Shown here: positions 28,108 to 38,943 of the stretch, piece after piece
How positions within the stretch are numbered: position 1 is the stretch's first letter
How the letters are laid out: the number at the start of each line of letters is the position of its first letter
Source of the DNA: Campylobacterales bacterium
GTDB lineage: Bacteria > Campylobacterota > Campylobacteria > Campylobacterales > Sulfurimonadaceae
Length of the DNA: 64,000 nucleotides
NCBI GenBank assembly: GCA_016938595.1
Contig: JAFGUJ010000020.1
Location: 17,140-81,139, forward strand
Direction: 5' to 3'
Notes under the pieces: model-generated
What the model was told of the DNA's origin: nothing
What the model saw: the letters and a program-made list of their open reading frames with translations, nothing else
The model's database searches: none
Translations under genes and position numbers: made by a program

Positions 28108-28699
28108 AGAGGATGTTCAGACGGGTATGAAGATGCCCGTCTTCTTCGTAGATGTCGATGGCGCTCTCAATCGGGGGATGGAGTTTCGCCAATACTCCCT
28201 GCAGTGAATGGAAAAGGTGGATGAATTTCGGGAACATCGGCGCGGCAATGTAATCGATGTGGCCGGCTTTGATGATGCTGGCGATGGAAGCGATGGCACT
28301 GTAGTAGACCGTTTTGTTCACCGCCCGGTTGACACGGTACGTGTGCATCAGCCGGATGTTTTTGATCAATACTTCCCGCTCTTCATCGCTCAGAAGTTTG
28401 TTCGTTTGCGCCCGCTCGAGCTCTTCGCGCAGTTCCTGCTCGGCCGTATGGCGCCGCATCTGCATCTCCTGATCGATCAGGGGATCGTGCAGGCGGATCG
28501 CAGAGAGAATCTCATCTGCGGGGAGCGGTTTGCCTGAGGCGATGTAGGAGTAGCGCTTCTCTGCGACATATTCGTGATCGAGGGCCTGGATCAGCTCGGC
28601 GGCGATACTGAGGTAGACGAACTTGTCCTCTTTATTGAGGTCGAATTCGATCCCGTGGGCTGAAATCAACGGTTTTGGCCCGGCGTATCGAAGGGGCAT
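28097..28699 (-). CDS. Hypothetical protein
   Basis: 200-aa ORF with AGGAG RBS, directly after ychF on the same strand. Confidence 0.7.
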   Translation of the reverse strand: MPLRYAGPKPLISAHGIEFDLNKEDKFVYLSIAAELIQALDHEYVAEKRYSYIASGKPLPADEILSAIRLHDPLIDQEMQMRRHTAEQELREELERAQTNKLLSDEEREVLIKNIRLMHTYRVNRAVNKTVYYSAIASIASIIKAGHIDYIAAPMFPKFIHLFHSLQGVLAKLHPPIESAIDIYEEDGHLHTRLNILFRN

Positions 28700-28717
28700 A
28701 TAGAACTCCTCTATTGC

Positions 28718-29818
28718 TTAGACGTTGAAGCGGAAATGCATGATGTCGCCGTCTGCGACGATGTACTCTTTCCCCTCCAGACGCATTTTTCCGGCTTCTT
28801 TGGCTTTGGCTTCCCCGCCGCAGGAGACGAAGTCATCGTAGCCGATCACTTCGGCGCGGATGAACCCTTTTTCAAAATCGTTGTGGATGACGGCGGCCGC
28901 TTTGGGAGCGGTCGTGTTTTTGTGGATCGTCCAGGCGCGGACCTCTTTGACCCCGGCGGTGAAGTAGCTCATCAGCCCCAGTTTGTCGAACCCTTTGCGG
29001 ATGATCTGCTCCAGCCCCGATTCCTCGACGCCCATATCGCGGAGGAATTCGTTGCGCTCATCGTCATCCATCCCCACGAGTTCTTCTTCGATTTTGGCGC
29101 AGAGTTTGATCACTTCGCATCCGTTTTTCTCGGCATGGGCCCGCAGCGCGGTGACGTAGTCGTTGTCTTCAGTGAGTCCGTCTTCGTCGACATTGGCACC
29201 GTACATGATCTCTTTGGCGCTCAGGAGGCGCACTTCGCGGTTGAGTTTATCAAACATTTCGCTGTCGGCTTTGGGGAAGTTGCGGGCAAGGTTCCCCTCG
29301 GCGAGGTATTCGGCGAGTTCTTCGGCAAACTCCGCCATTGCGGCCGCTTCCTTGTCGTTTTTGGCCTGTTTTTTGAGCCGTTCGATCCGGTTAGTCAGCA
29401 CTTCGACATCGGCGAAGATCAGTTCGTTTTCGATGATTTCGACATCGTCAAGAGGATCGATCCGCCCTTCGGTGTGGACGATGTTCTCATCGTCGAAGCA
29501 GCGGACGATCTGCAAGATCACTTCCGTTTCGCGGATGTTGGAGAGGAACTTATTCCCCAGCCCTTCCCCTTTGCTGGCACCTTTGACAAGCCCTGCGATG
29601 TCGACGAAATCGAGAGTCGAGTACTGGATCCGCTCGGGATTGACGATTTTGGCCAGCGCGTCGAGGCGGGCGTCGGGGACCGGAACGGTCGCCTTGTTCG
29701 GCTCGATCGTACAGAACGGATAGTTGGCCGCTTCGGCGTTTTGCGCTTTGGTCAGCGCGTTGAATGTGGTCGATTTCCCGACGTTTGGTAATCCTACAAG
29801 TCCGATACTAAGTCCCAT
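28718..29818 (-). CDS. ychF: Ribosome-binding ATPase YchF
   Basis: GLPNVGKST, NYPFCTIEPN, DIAGLV and C-terminal GDIMHFRFNV. Confidence 0.97.
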   Translation of the reverse strand: MGLSIGLVGLPNVGKSTTFNALTKAQNAEAANYPFCTIEPNKATVPVPDARLDALAKIVNPERIQYSTLDFVDIAGLVKGASKGEGLGNKFLSNIRETEVILQIVRCFDDENIVHTEGRIDPLDDVEIIENELIFADVEVLTNRIERLKKQAKNDKEAAAMAEFAEELAEYLAEGNLARNFPKADSEMFDKLNREVRLLSAKEIMYGANVDEDGLTEDNDYVTALRAHAEKNGCEVIKLCAKIEEELVGMDDDERNEFLRDMGVEESGLEQIIRKGFDKLGLMSYFTAGVKEVRAWTIHKNTTAPKAAAVIHNDFEKGFIRAEVIGYDDFVSCGGEAKAKEAGKMRLEGKEYIVADGDIMHFRFNV

Positions 29819-29848
29819 TTATGTAAATCCTTATTGAGTTTTATTTTT

Positions 29849-31282
29849 TTATTGGCAATTGTTCATGAGCCAGTTTAGCGTCATCCGCACTCCCGCACCC
29901 GTGCCTCCGTGTGTGTGGACGTCCCAGGCGCTTTCGGTATAGGCCGATCCGGCGATGTCGAAGTGGACCCATTTGTCTTTCATATCCTCATCGATGAAGT
30001 GGTCGAGGAAGAGTGCCGCGGTGATTGCTCCGCCGTAGGGTTTGGAGGAGACGTTGCAGACGTCCGCAACGTCGCTTTTGATCAGTTTGGTCAGGTGGCG
30101 GTTGAAGGGGAGAATGCCGCAGTATTCCCCGGCTTCGGCTCCCGCTTCGACAAACGAGCGTTTAAGCGACTCATTGTGCCCCATGACCCCCGTCGTATAA
30201 GGTCCCAGCGCCACCATACACGCACCGGTCAGGGTCGCGTAGTCGAAGATGTAGTCGCTTTTGACCTTCTCCTGCGCGTATCCCAGAACGTCGGCGAGGA
30301 CGAGGCGTCCTTCGGCGTCGGTGTTGCGCACTTCGATCGTTTTGCCGTTTTTGGCCCGGAGGACGTCGTCGGGTTTGTAGGCGTTGCCTCCGATCATGTT
30401 TTCGACCATTCCCATGAAGCCGTGGACCTCGATGTCAAGTTTCAGCTCGCTGATAGCTTTCATCATCCCGATGACGGCACATGCGCCTGCCTTGTCCATT
30501 TTCATCGTGACCATCGACGTGGCCGGTTTGAGGCTCAGGCCGCCGCTGTCGTAGGTGAGCCCTTTGCCGACCAGGCTGATCACTTTTTTTGGGTTGGCCG
30601 GTTTGTAGGCGAGATGGATCAGACGGGGAGGGTGGACCGAAGCGCGTCCGACATTCATCATTGCGAACATTTTTTCAGCTTCGAGGCCATTGACGTCGAG
30701 GATGGTGCATTCAAGGTCGTGCGAACGTGAGAGCGATTCGGCCGCGATCGCCATAGCCTGCGGCGTCATGTCGTCCGGGGTCTGGTTGACCAGATCGCGG
30801 ACGTAGTTGGTGGCTTTGGCAATGACGAGGGTTTGCTCGAATAGGGGCTCGAGAATTGCGGTATCGAGCATCGTCCCCTCGATCGTTTCGGATGAAAAGA
30901 TCACCTCACACAGCGGGGAAGGTTTGGGATCGGAACGGTACCCTTCGAAGCGGTAGCTTCCCAGCACAATCCCCTCGATCAGAGCCGCGAAGTTTTCGTT
31001 GCCGTACTGGGCGAGTTTGAGAGAAGCGTATCCGTACCCCTTGGCGGTACGGATCGCATGGGCTGATGCCGTGCGGATCGTTTCGGGCGTGGTGTCACTG
31101 ACACCGCACACCAGAAGGCGGTGTTCGTGCAATGCACAGTGCTGCTCGGTTTCGGCCTTGAACCCGCCCTGAGCCAGAAGTGCGGCATGGGGGTGGTGTT
31201 CGAGGCGCTGTGGGGTGACAAATTCCAGCGTCAGATCGGCATCGATGCCAGAGAGGGGTTGGTTAGCGAGTTTGACGTTCAT
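29849..31282 (-). CDS. pepA: Leucyl aminopeptidase (M17)
   Basis: GKGLTYDSGG, MKMDKAG, NTDAEGRL and ATLTGA motifs; GGAG RBS before 31282. Confidence 0.93.
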   Translation of the reverse strand: MNVKLANQPLSGIDADLTLEFVTPQRLEHHPHAALLAQGGFKAETEQHCALHEHRLLVCGVSDTTPETIRTASAHAIRTAKGYGYASLKLAQYGNENFAALIEGIVLGSYRFEGYRSDPKPSPLCEVIFSSETIEGTMLDTAILEPLFEQTLVIAKATNYVRDLVNQTPDDMTPQAMAIAAESLSRSHDLECTILDVNGLEAEKMFAMMNVGRASVHPPRLIHLAYKPANPKKVISLVGKGLTYDSGGLSLKPATSMVTMKMDKAGACAVIGMMKAISELKLDIEVHGFMGMVENMIGGNAYKPDDVLRAKNGKTIEVRNTDAEGRLVLADVLGYAQEKVKSDYIFDYATLTGACMVALGPYTTGVMGHNESLKRSFVEAGAEAGEYCGILPFNRHLTKLIKSDVADVCNVSSKPYGGAITAALFLDHFIDEDMKDKWVHFDIAGSAYTESAWDVHTHGGTGAGVRMTLNWLMNNCQ

Positions 31283-31985
31283 TGCGTTTCTCCAAAAGGT
31301 GTTTTTCCAGCCGGCTGAAATAGGTGATGATCCCCACTGCGAAGAGTCCCGCGATCGGGAGGGCAAGATACCAGTGCTCTTTCGCCCATTCGAGCAGTTT
31401 GAGGATCTCGTCGCCGTAGATGTAGACGGGGGTGATCGTCACGGCAGCCCATATCCAGGCACTGATGAGATTGATAAAAGCGAATTTCCGTCCCGAATAT
31501 TTGGTCAGTCCGATGGCCATCGGGATCACGGTCCGCATGCCGTACATGTAGCGCTGGACAAAAATAATCGGCCAGCCGTGTTTTTTCAGAAGCAGGTGGG
31601 CAATGGCAAACTTGCGCCGCTGGGAATGCAGCTTTGTATAGATGTAGTTTTTGTTGAAGCGTCCGGTGTAAAAGTAGATTTGATCACCTGCAAATCCCCC
31701 CAGCCCCGCGATGAACACGGCCAGCGGATAGAACATGTCGCCGGTATGGCACATGAGCCCTCCCATTATCAGTCCCATTTCCCCCTCTAGGGTACTCCAC
31801 AAAAACAAGATGACGTAGCCGTATCGTTTCAGCAGGGCGATCATGTTCGCTTCGAAGTTGCCGAAGAAATCGCGGATGGTTTCGGCATTCATCGACACCA
31901 GGACGATCGCGAGGACCAGAACGGCGATAACGCTCATCGCTTTGGGGCGTTTGTAAAATGGGGAGGTCTCAGTAACGTTGTGCAT
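31263..31985 (-). CDS. DedA family membrane protein
   Basis: LEGE, GDQIYFYTGR and RYMYGMR motifs. Confidence 0.88.
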   Translation of the reverse strand: MHNVTETSPFYKRPKAMSVIAVLVLAIVLVSMNAETIRDFFGNFEANMIALLKRYGYVILFLWSTLEGEMGLIMGGLMCHTGDMFYPLAVFIAGLGGFAGDQIYFYTGRFNKNYIYTKLHSQRRKFAIAHLLLKKHGWPIIFVQRYMYGMRTVIPMAIGLTKYSGRKFAFINLISAWIWAAVTITPVYIYGDEILKLLEWAKEHWYLALPIAGLFAVGIITYFSRLEKHLLEKRNERQTR

Positions 31986-33187
31986 CAATTTTCCTCAAAT
32001 CGAAGGAGCTCTTTGGCCTGGATCATATCTTTATCCCCGCGTCCTGAGAGATTGACGATAATGGTTTTGCCTTTGATATCGGTCATTTTTTTCAGATAGG
32101 CGACCGCGTGAGAGCTTTCGAACGCCGGAATGATCCCCTCGCGGCGGCTGAGCCAGACGAAAGCGTCGAGGGCTTCGGCATCGGTGACGTGATCGTAGCT
32201 GACGGTTTCATTGTCTTTGTGGAAGGCGTGTTCGGGTCCGATGCCGGGATAGTCAAGCCCCGCCGAGATCGAGTGGGCTTCCAGAATCTGTCCGTCCTCA
32301 TTTTGAAGCAGATAACTCATCTGCCCGTGCAAGACCCCCGGACGCCCTTTTTCGAGGGAACAGCCGTGTTTGTCGGTATCGATCCCCAGACCTCCGGCTT
32401 CGATCCCGATGCAGCGCACTTCGGGATCTTCCAAAAAGTGCTGGAACGTCCCGATGGCGTTGCTTCCGCCGCCGATACAGGCGATGACGTAATCGGGGAG
32501 ACGCCCCTCTTTTTCCAGAATCTGGGCGCGCGCTTCGCAGCCGATGATGGCCTGAAAATCGCGTACCATCATCGGATAGGGGTGGGGTCCTGCGACGGTG
32601 CCGATGATGTAAAACGTGTCGCGGGCGTGGGTGACCCAGTGGCGGATCGCGTCATTCATCGCGTCTTTGAGGGTTTTGCTTCCGCTTTGGACGGCGTGAA
32701 CCTTGGCTCCGAGAAGCTTCATCCGAAAGACATTGAGCTCCTGACGCGCGACGTCTTTGGCCCCCATGAAGATTTCGCATTCGAGTCCGAGCAGAGCGGC
32801 GATGGTCGCCGTGGCGACCCCGTGCTGTCCGGCTCCCGTTTCGGCGATGACTTTTTTCTTGCCCAAACGTTTGGCCATGAGCCCCTGCGCGATGACGTTG
32901 TTGACCTTGTGGGCCCCGGTATGGTTCAGGTCTTCACGTTTGAGGTAGATTTTCGCCCCCAGCTCTTCGGAGAGGTTGGCGGCATAATAAAGGGGACTCG
33001 GGCGCCCGACGTAGTCCGTCAGGTAGCCGTCGACCTCCCGCCAGAAATCTTCGTCAAAACGGAGTTGCTTGTAGGCTTCTTCGAGCTCGAGGAGGGCAGG
33101 CATGAGGGTTTCGGGGACATAGCGTCCTCCGAAAATGCCGAAATGTCCTTCGACGGGATCAAATCGGGAAGGTTTTGGGATATACAT
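31985..33187 (-). CDS. trpB: Tryptophan synthase beta chain
   Basis: [26 protein letters not shown] and NLSGRGDKD motifs. Confidence 0.97.
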   Translation of the reverse strand: MYIPKPSRFDPVEGHFGIFGGRYVPETLMPALLELEEAYKQLRFDEDFWREVDGYLTDYVGRPSPLYYAANLSEELGAKIYLKREDLNHTGAHKVNNVIAQGLMAKRLGKKKVIAETGAGQHGVATATIAALLGLECEIFMGAKDVARQELNVFRMKLLGAKVHAVQSGSKTLKDAMNDAIRHWVTHARDTFYIIGTVAGPHPYPMMVRDFQAIIGCEARAQILEKEGRLPDYVIACIGGGSNAIGTFQHFLEDPEVRCIGIEAGGLGIDTDKHGCSLEKGRPGVLHGQMSYLLQNEDGQILEAHSISAGLDYPGIGPEHAFHKDNETVSYDHVTDAEALDAFVWLSRREGIIPAFESSHAVAYLKKMTDIKGKTIIVNLSGRGDKDMIQAKELLRFEEN

Positions 33188-33735
33188 CAATCGACTCCAA
33201 TAACGGTATAGACTTCGACCAGTTCGCGCAGTTTGCTCTGGCCGCTCAGAAAGTCAAGCCCCATGATAAAGCAGGCTTCGACGCACTCGGCTCCCACTTT
33301 GTTGATGAGGCTGGCGGCGGCGTAGGCGGTTCCTCCTGTCGCGATCAGATCGTCGATGAGGAGCACTTTGGGGCTGTCCGGTCCGCTAAAGGCATCGATA
33401 TGGATTTCCACTTCGTCGACGCCGTATTCAAGGGAGTATTTCTCCGAAACGGTCGTATAGGGAAGTTTTCCTTTTTTACGGATGGGGACGAAACCGACCC
33501 CCAGCATCTGCGCCAGAGCGGCGCCGAAGATAAATCCCCGCGCGTCGATTCCGGCGACGTGGGTCAGGTTGTAGGACGCGTAACGCTCAGAGAGATGGCG
33601 CATCAGGAGGGCATAGGCCTCTTTGTCGGCCAAAAGGGTCGTGATGTCTTTGAAAACGATCCCCGGTTTGGGAAAATCGGGGATATCCCGGATCGATTCG
33701 ATTAAAAAAGTTTTTTCTTGGATCGAGAGTGTCAT
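33187..33735 (-). CDS. apt: Adenine phosphoribosyltransferase
   Basis: [25 protein letters not shown] and [10 protein letters not shown] motifs. Confidence 0.96.
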   Translation of the reverse strand: MTLSIQEKTFLIESIRDIPDFPKPGIVFKDITTLLADKEAYALLMRHLSERYASYNLTHVAGIDARGFIFGAALAQMLGVGFVPIRKKGKLPYTTVSEKYSLEYGVDEVEIHIDAFSGPDSPKVLLIDDLIATGGTAYAAASLINKVGAECVEACFIMGLDFLSGQSKLRELVEVYTVIGVD

Positions 33736-33750
33736 GATGTTCCTCTGGCA

Positions 33751-34083
33751 TTAAATCAGGGCGTCGATACGCCCTTCGAGCTCTTTGATTTTATTTTGGA
33801 GCCGGTCGGTTTCGGCCCGGTGCTTGGAGTTGCGCTGTTTGAGCGTTTTGAGCTCGTTGCGAAGACTGTTGAGCTCTTCGCTCAGGATATCGACATTCCC
33901 GAGTGCCCGCTGGAGCTGTATCTGGTATTTTCGGATCAGCACTTCGGCTTCCTTGAGGGTCAGCTTCATCATTTCACTGCTCCGCTGCTCCTTGACGGTG
34001 ATGCTGCGGAAATAAAACATTTTGACGAGAAAAAAGAGCGCACCCAGCGTAACGATGGTGAGCAGTGACCACTCTAAAAACAT
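33751..34083 (-). CDS. Small single-TM coiled-coil hypothetical protein
   Basis: N-terminal TM followed by a coiled coil; lies between rpiB and apt in the operon. Confidence 0.75.
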   Translation of the reverse strand: MFLEWSLLTIVTLGALFFLVKMFYFRSITVKEQRSSEMMKLTLKEAEVLIRKYQIQLQRALGNVDILSEELNSLRNELKTLKQRNSKHRAETDRLQNKIKELEGRIDALI

Positions 34084-34086
34084 CCC

Positions 34087-34524
34087 TTATCCTTTGATCG
34101 CTTCGATTTTCTCTACCCGGCCGCAGTGGCGTCCCCCTTCGAATTTTCCGGCAATCCACGCATCAAGGATCGATTCGGCGACCCCCTGGCCCACGATCCG
34201 TTCTCCGAAACAAAGGACATTGGCATCGTTGTGGCCACGGGCTACGGTCGCGGTATAGGCGTCGTGGCACAGTGCGGCGCGGATGCCGTGGAAACGGTTG
34301 GCGGCCATCGACATACCGATCCCCGAACCGCAGATCAAAATCCCCTGCGAGGAGGGGTCGGCAAGGACGTTTTCGCATACCTTGACGGCGTAGTCGGGAT
34401 AGTCGACTCTCTCCTTATCGAAAGGGCCGAGATCAATCACTTCATGCCCTTTGGAGCGGAGATTATCGGCGGTAAAGTTTTTCAGATCGATTCCGGCATG
34501 ATCGGTGGCAATGTAAAATTTCAT
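34087..34524 (-). CDS. rpiB: Ribose-5-phosphate isomerase B
   Basis: DHAG, VDYPD, CGSGIG, HNDANVL and FEGGRH motifs. Confidence 0.96.
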   Translation of the reverse strand: MKFYIATDHAGIDLKNFTADNLRSKGHEVIDLGPFDKERVDYPDYAVKVCENVLADPSSQGILICGSGIGMSMAANRFHGIRAALCHDAYTATVARGHNDANVLCFGERIVGQGVAESILDAWIAGKFEGGRHCGRVEKIEAIKG

Positions 34525-34533
34525 AAAAGACTC

Positions 34534-35211
34534 CTAGTGTAACAGCAGATTTAAAACGATTTCGATAGGCCAGATGACCAACGGTATTTTAAGCGGCGTA
34601 ACCAATATGATGATGATAACAATCATTCCATAAGGTTCGGCTTTGGCGAAAAATTCGGCGACGGCGCGGATCCGGTATTTGAGGGCGAGATAGCTCAAAA
34701 AATGGGAACCGTCGAACCCCGGAATGGGGAGGAGATTGAAGACGGCGAGGACGACGTTGATCAGCAGCAGTTTGATGATGAAGAGGTAGCCGAAAACATA
34801 CATCAGCGAATCGCTCTGGGTCGGTTCGGCCAGCGAGACGAGGAGAATCGAGGCGAGGGTCGCCATAAAAAGGTTGTAGACAATCCCGGCCAGCGAGACC
34901 TGCATCGCCGCGTTGTAGCCTCCGTTGCGGATCACCGTGCGGGTGTTGACGGGGACCGGTTTGGCCCATCCGAACAAAAAGCCGCTGGAAGCTCCCAGCA
35001 GCATCGGGATGAAATAGGTCATGAGCGGAACGAGGATCGATCCGAAGGGGTCGATGTGGATGAGGGGATTGATGCTGAGGCGTCCGCTGTCCTTTGCCGT
35101 GTGGTCGCCGTATTTGTAGGCGACCCACCCGTGCATGATCTCGTGGCCGATGATGGCGACGAGAAGGGCGGCAACGGCGGCGGCAATTTCGAGAAGATCA
35201 ATAGAGTTCAT
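34534..35211 (-). CDS. Site-2 protease (M50) family protein
   Basis: HEIMH, GWAKPVPVN and NLLPIPGFDG motifs. Confidence 0.92.
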   Translation of the reverse strand: MNSIDLLEIAAAVAALLVAIIGHEIMHGWVAYKYGDHTAKDSGRLSINPLIHIDPFGSILVPLMTYFIPMLLGASSGFLFGWAKPVPVNTRTVIRNGGYNAAMQVSLAGIVYNLFMATLASILLVSLAEPTQSDSLMYVFGYLFIIKLLLINVVLAVFNLLPIPGFDGSHFLSYLALKYRIRAVAEFFAKAEPYGMIVIIIILVTPLKIPLVIWPIEIVLNLLLH

Positions 35212-36016
35212 AATCGTCGACGTCTTGGCGGATACGCTCGCTTACTGCACGCTCAAGCGGCTCGTTTTGCTCCAGATCGGCGGGAGTTTTTCCGATCCGT
35301 TCCCAGCGCACTTCATAGTTGTCGTCCATACTGAAATAGACAAACCAGGGGGTCCCCTCGATCAGGCCGTAGGGGACGCTTCCCCAGAAGCGGCTGTCGT
35401 TGGAATGGTCGCGGTTGTCCCCCATCATGAAGTATTCACGTTCGGGAACCTGGATGGGGCCGAAGTTGAAGAGTTCGCCCGGGTAGAGGCCGTTGTCGAC
35501 GATTTTGTCGTCGTTGTGGATCCCCGGATGCTCTTGGGAATAGGGGTCTTTGACCCACAGTTTCCCCTGTACTTCGACGAGCTCGTACCCTTTGAACGCC
35601 TCTTTCGCGTACTCATCCCCCTCGCGCGGGTGGAGATAAAGGACCTTGTCCATCAAGAACAGCTCGTCTCCCGGGAGGGCGACGCACCGTTTGACGTAGT
35701 GCAGCTGAGGATTGTTGGGGTAGCGGAAGATGACAATGTCGCCGCGCAAGGGTTCGTCGCCGTCGATGATGTGGCCGTCCGTCCCGGGAATCAGGGGGAT
35801 TTCCAGAAACGGGATATGGGGAGTGGAGATCCCGTAGGCGAATTTTTTGGCGAAAAGGTGATCCCCGATGAGGAGGGAATCTTTCATCGATCCGCTGGGG
35901 ATCCGGAATGCCTGGGCGACAAAAAAGATGACGAATAGGACGATAATGATCGTTCCTGTCCACGTGTTTGAAAAACGGTAGGCGCTGTGGGCGGCTTGGA
36001 GGACTTTTTTCTTCAA
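35198..36016 (-). CDS. lepB: Signal peptidase I
   Basis: IPSGSM, YVKR and GDNRDHSNDSRFWG motifs. Confidence 0.95.
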   Translation of the reverse strand: MKKKVLQAAHSAYRFSNTWTGTIIIVLFVIFFVAQAFRIPSGSMKDSLLIGDHLFAKKFAYGISTPHIPFLEIPLIPGTDGHIIDGDEPLRGDIVIFRYPNNPQLHYVKRCVALPGDELFLMDKVLYLHPREGDEYAKEAFKGYELVEVQGKLWVKDPYSQEHPGIHNDDKIVDNGLYPGELFNFGPIQVPEREYFMMGDNRDHSNDSRFWGSVPYGLIEGTPWFVYFSMDDNYEVRWERIGKTPADLEQNEPLERAVSERIRQDVDDYELY

Positions 36017-36019
36017 GAG

Positions 36020-36877
36020 TTATCTCGCTTCTTCTGCGTGGATTTGGGCCGCTTTGAGGGTGTTGGAGAGGAGCATGGCAATCGTCATCGGCCCCACACC
36101 GCCGGGGACCGGGGTGATGTAGGAGGTTTTGGGGGCAACGGCGTCGTAATCGACGTCTCCCACCAGGCGGCCATCGCTCGCGCGGTTGATCCCGATATCG
36201 ATGATGATGGCCCCCTCTTTGACCATATCCTCTTTGATCAGGTTGATCACTCCCGCGCCGACGAGGATGATGTCGGCGTTCCGGGTGTGTTTGGCGAGAT
36301 CGTCAGTGAAGATGTGGCAGATTTCAACAGTCGCATTGGCGTTGAGGAGCAGTGCGGCCATCGGTTTTCCGACGATGTTGGACGCCCCGACGACGCAGCA
36401 GTTTTTCCCCTTGACGTCGATGCTGTATTCGGCGAGCAGTTCCATGACGCCCAGCGGGGTACAGGGGACGAAACCGTCCAGCCCTGTAGCGAGCCGTCCG
36501 ACGTTGTAGGGGTGGAAGCCGTCGACGTCTTTGGAAGGGGCAACTACTTCGAGGATTTTGGTCGTGTCGATGTGTTTGGGAAGCGGCAGCTGGATCAATA
36601 TCCCGTCAATGTTCGGATTCTGGTTCATCATCTCGATCGTTTTGATGATCGCTTCCTGGGAGATGTCTTCGGGCATCTCATGGGTGACCGAATAAAAACC
36701 TGCGCGGTCGCACGCCTTTTTTTTCATACCGACGTAAGCCTGGCTCGCAGGATCGTGACCCACTAAAATGACCGCAAGGCCGGGGACTCTGCCGGTAAGG
36801 GCTTTGAGTTCTCTGGCTCCGACGGAGACCTTTTCTTCGATTTTTTGCGCGAGTGCTTTACCGTCAAGTATCTGCAT
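36020..36877 (-). CDS. folD: Methylenetetrahydrofolate dehydrogenase/cyclohydrolase
   Basis: KDVDGFHP, PCTP and PVPGGVGPMT motifs. Confidence 0.97.
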   Translation of the reverse strand: MQILDGKALAQKIEEKVSVGARELKALTGRVPGLAVILVGHDPASQAYVGMKKKACDRAGFYSVTHEMPEDISQEAIIKTIEMMNQNPNIDGILIQLPLPKHIDTTKILEVVAPSKDVDGFHPYNVGRLATGLDGFVPCTPLGVMELLAEYSIDVKGKNCCVVGASNIVGKPMAALLLNANATVEICHIFTDDLAKHTRNADIILVGAGVINLIKEDMVKEGAIIIDIGINRASDGRLVGDVDYDAVAPKTSYITPVPGGVGPMTIAMLLSNTLKAAQIHAEEAR

Positions 36878-36945
36878 TTAACCACCGTCAAATTGTTTTT
36901 GGGTATGATACCGCTAAAAGTATAAACATTGGTTAAAGGGTGTGC

Positions 36946-37308
36946 GTGCGCGGGGTATTTGTTTGGCTTTTGGCATTGACGTTCTCGTATGCCGATTCCT
37001 TTATCACCCGGGAAGAATACGCCGCAGGGCTCTACCATAACCCCCGAGGGGTAGGATGCCATTTGTGCCACGGCGAGAACGGCGAAGGGAAACTGATCGC
37101 CAAATACAAGGATGAGGGCAAAGAACAGGTGTTTGCCGGAAAACCGATCAACAAACTCCCCTTCAAAGAATTTTACGAAAAAATAAACAGCCGGATTATC
37201 GGGATGCCGCGTTATTATCTGACCGATACCGAAATCCAGACCCTCTATTATTATCTCCACCGCGAGGAGTTTAAACGTGCCGCTGAGAAACCCCGAAAAA
37301 TTAAATAG
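36946..37308 (+). CDS. Monoheme c-type cytochrome
   Basis: Signal peptide, CHLCH heme motif, distal GMP; start (GTG 36946 vs 36940) uncertain. Confidence 0.8.
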   Translation: MRGVFVWLLALTFSYADSFITREEYAAGLYHNPRGVGCHLCHGENGEGKLIAKYKDEGKEQVFAGKPINKLPFKEFYEKINSRIIGMPRYYLTDTEIQTLYYYLHREEFKRAAEKPRKIK

Positions 37309-38209
37309 CCTCATCGAAACTGGGGACCTTGAAGGGCTCCGCCTCCTTGCCGTCCCCGTCTCCCGTTTTCCGAACCGCTCCAGCGTCTACCGTTCCGTCA
37401 TGATGCTTTCGGCCCAGAACGTCAAACATCTCTCCAAAATCCCTTCGCTCGCTGCCGAGTGCGTTATGCTGAACCTCGAAGACGGGGTGGCGCCTGCGCA
37501 AAAACCCTACGCTCTGGCACTCTGCGCGATCGCTTTGGCATCCAACCCCACATGCGGGAAAAAACTGATCGTCCGGGTCAATCCGCTGGAGGAGGGGGGA
37601 ACCGAAGAGATCGCCTACCTGAACTCTTTTATGCCCGATGGTATCCGCGTCCCGAAAATACGCAGTGTCGACGACGTGCGGCGGGCTCTGTCGCTGATAG
37701 ACGAGGGGATCGAGGTGCACCTCTCGATCGAGACGAAGGAAGCGTGGCTGGCTCTTTCAGAACTTGCCATCAGCCCGCGCATCAAGGGGTATTATCTGGG
37801 AATGCTCGATCTTTTTGCCGATCTTGGACTCTCCCAGAGCCTGATCCACCCCGACAATCCGACGCTCCACTACCTACTCTCGCACTTTCTGATCACATCG
37901 CGTTCCTGCGGCGTCAAACCGGTTTCATTCGTCTATCAGAATCATAAAAACCTCGATTGCCTTCGTAACTGGCTGGAACTGGAGAAGATGATGGGGTATG
38001 ACGCCAAAGGGTGCATTGCCCCCGCCCAGGCCGATCTGATCCATGAAATTTTCGGCCACGGCGAGTCGGAACTAACCCGGTGCCGGGAGATCGTCGCATT
38101 GTTCGAGGAACACGCCGCACAGGGGATCAGCGGGTTTGTCGACGAGAAGTACGGTTTTATCGATGAACCGATCTACAAAGGGGCGATGGCGGTGCTCAAT
38201 ACCCGCTAG
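37277..38209 (+). CDS. HpcH/CitE-family CoA-ester lyase
   Basis: NLEDGV, VRVN, VPKI, SIET, GMLDL, KGCI and IDEP motifs. Confidence 0.82.
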   Translation: MPLRNPEKLNSLIETGDLEGLRLLAVPVSRFPNRSSVYRSVMMLSAQNVKHLSKIPSLAAECVMLNLEDGVAPAQKPYALALCAIALASNPTCGKKLIVRVNPLEEGGTEEIAYLNSFMPDGIRVPKIRSVDDVRRALSLIDEGIEVHLSIETKEAWLALSELAISPRIKGYYLGMLDLFADLGLSQSLIHPDNPTLHYLLSHFLITSRSCGVKPVSFVYQNHKNLDCLRNWLELEKMMGYDAKGCIAPAQADLIHEIFGHGESELTRCREIVALFEEHAAQGISGFVDEKYGFIDEPIYKGAMAVLNTR

Positions 38210-38211
38210 TG

Positions 38212-38883
38212 CTATTTGACCAGAATGTAGACGCGGATGCGGACCAGGGTCGTTTGCTCCGGTTTTGGGTATCGGGGATGGGCCAGTGCGATCGTCTGCA
38301 GCGTCAGTTCGTCCAGCATCGTCCCGATCCGGTTCTTTTGCAGATGCAGGTCCGAGATGGTTCCGTCAGGATGGAGATAGAACTCGACGACATTGCTATC
38401 GGAGGGGTCGATCTCCTCGTCCGGGCGCTCACGCAGCAGTCGGGTACCGACGATTTCGTTGAGTTTTCGTATCCGCTGGAGATTGTCGATGATGTAGTGC
38501 TGCTCCCCGGGGCTGAGGTCGAAAAACTCTTCGCCGTAATGGTGGAGCACCGAGCGGGGGAGGGTATGCCTGTCTGCCTGCGTAATCGGCTGCAAAGTGG
38601 GGGCTTCGGAAGGGCGTTCCGGTTCCGGGAGCGGAACCGTGTCTGCTGCGGGAGCCGGGATGCCGGGTGCAGTCGCCGCTTCAGGAACGGCGGGAGGCAG
38701 GGGTAAGGGCTCTACGTCTTTAGAGATGTCGGGTTCCTCGCTGAGCAGCACACCGAACCGTTTTTCCCGGTACGGAGGCTCATTGTCGGAAAAATCAAGC
38801 GCAGCAACCCAGATAAGTGCAAACACCAGCAGGTGTAAAACGACGGCGATCGACAGCGCCAAAAAAGATCGGTTCCTTTGCAT
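38212..38883 (-). CDS. TonB-like energy transducer (paralog 1)
   Basis: SxxxH-type TM anchor, Pro-rich linker, C-terminal EFYLHPDG..LD..YP domain. Confidence 0.7.
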   Translation of the reverse strand: MQRNRSFLALSIAVVLHLLVFALIWVAALDFSDNEPPYREKRFGVLLSEEPDISKDVEPLPLPPAVPEAATAPGIPAPAADTVPLPEPERPSEAPTLQPITQADRHTLPRSVLHHYGEEFFDLSPGEQHYIIDNLQRIRKLNEIVGTRLLRERPDEEIDPSDSNVVEFYLHPDGTISDLHLQKNRIGTMLDELTLQTIALAHPRYPKPEQTTLVRIRVYILVK

Positions 38884-38943
38884 GTTTTATTATAGCGAGA
38901 TATTGTGGAGCGATTTCCGCGGTGCAGGGAGTAGTTCGGGCGT

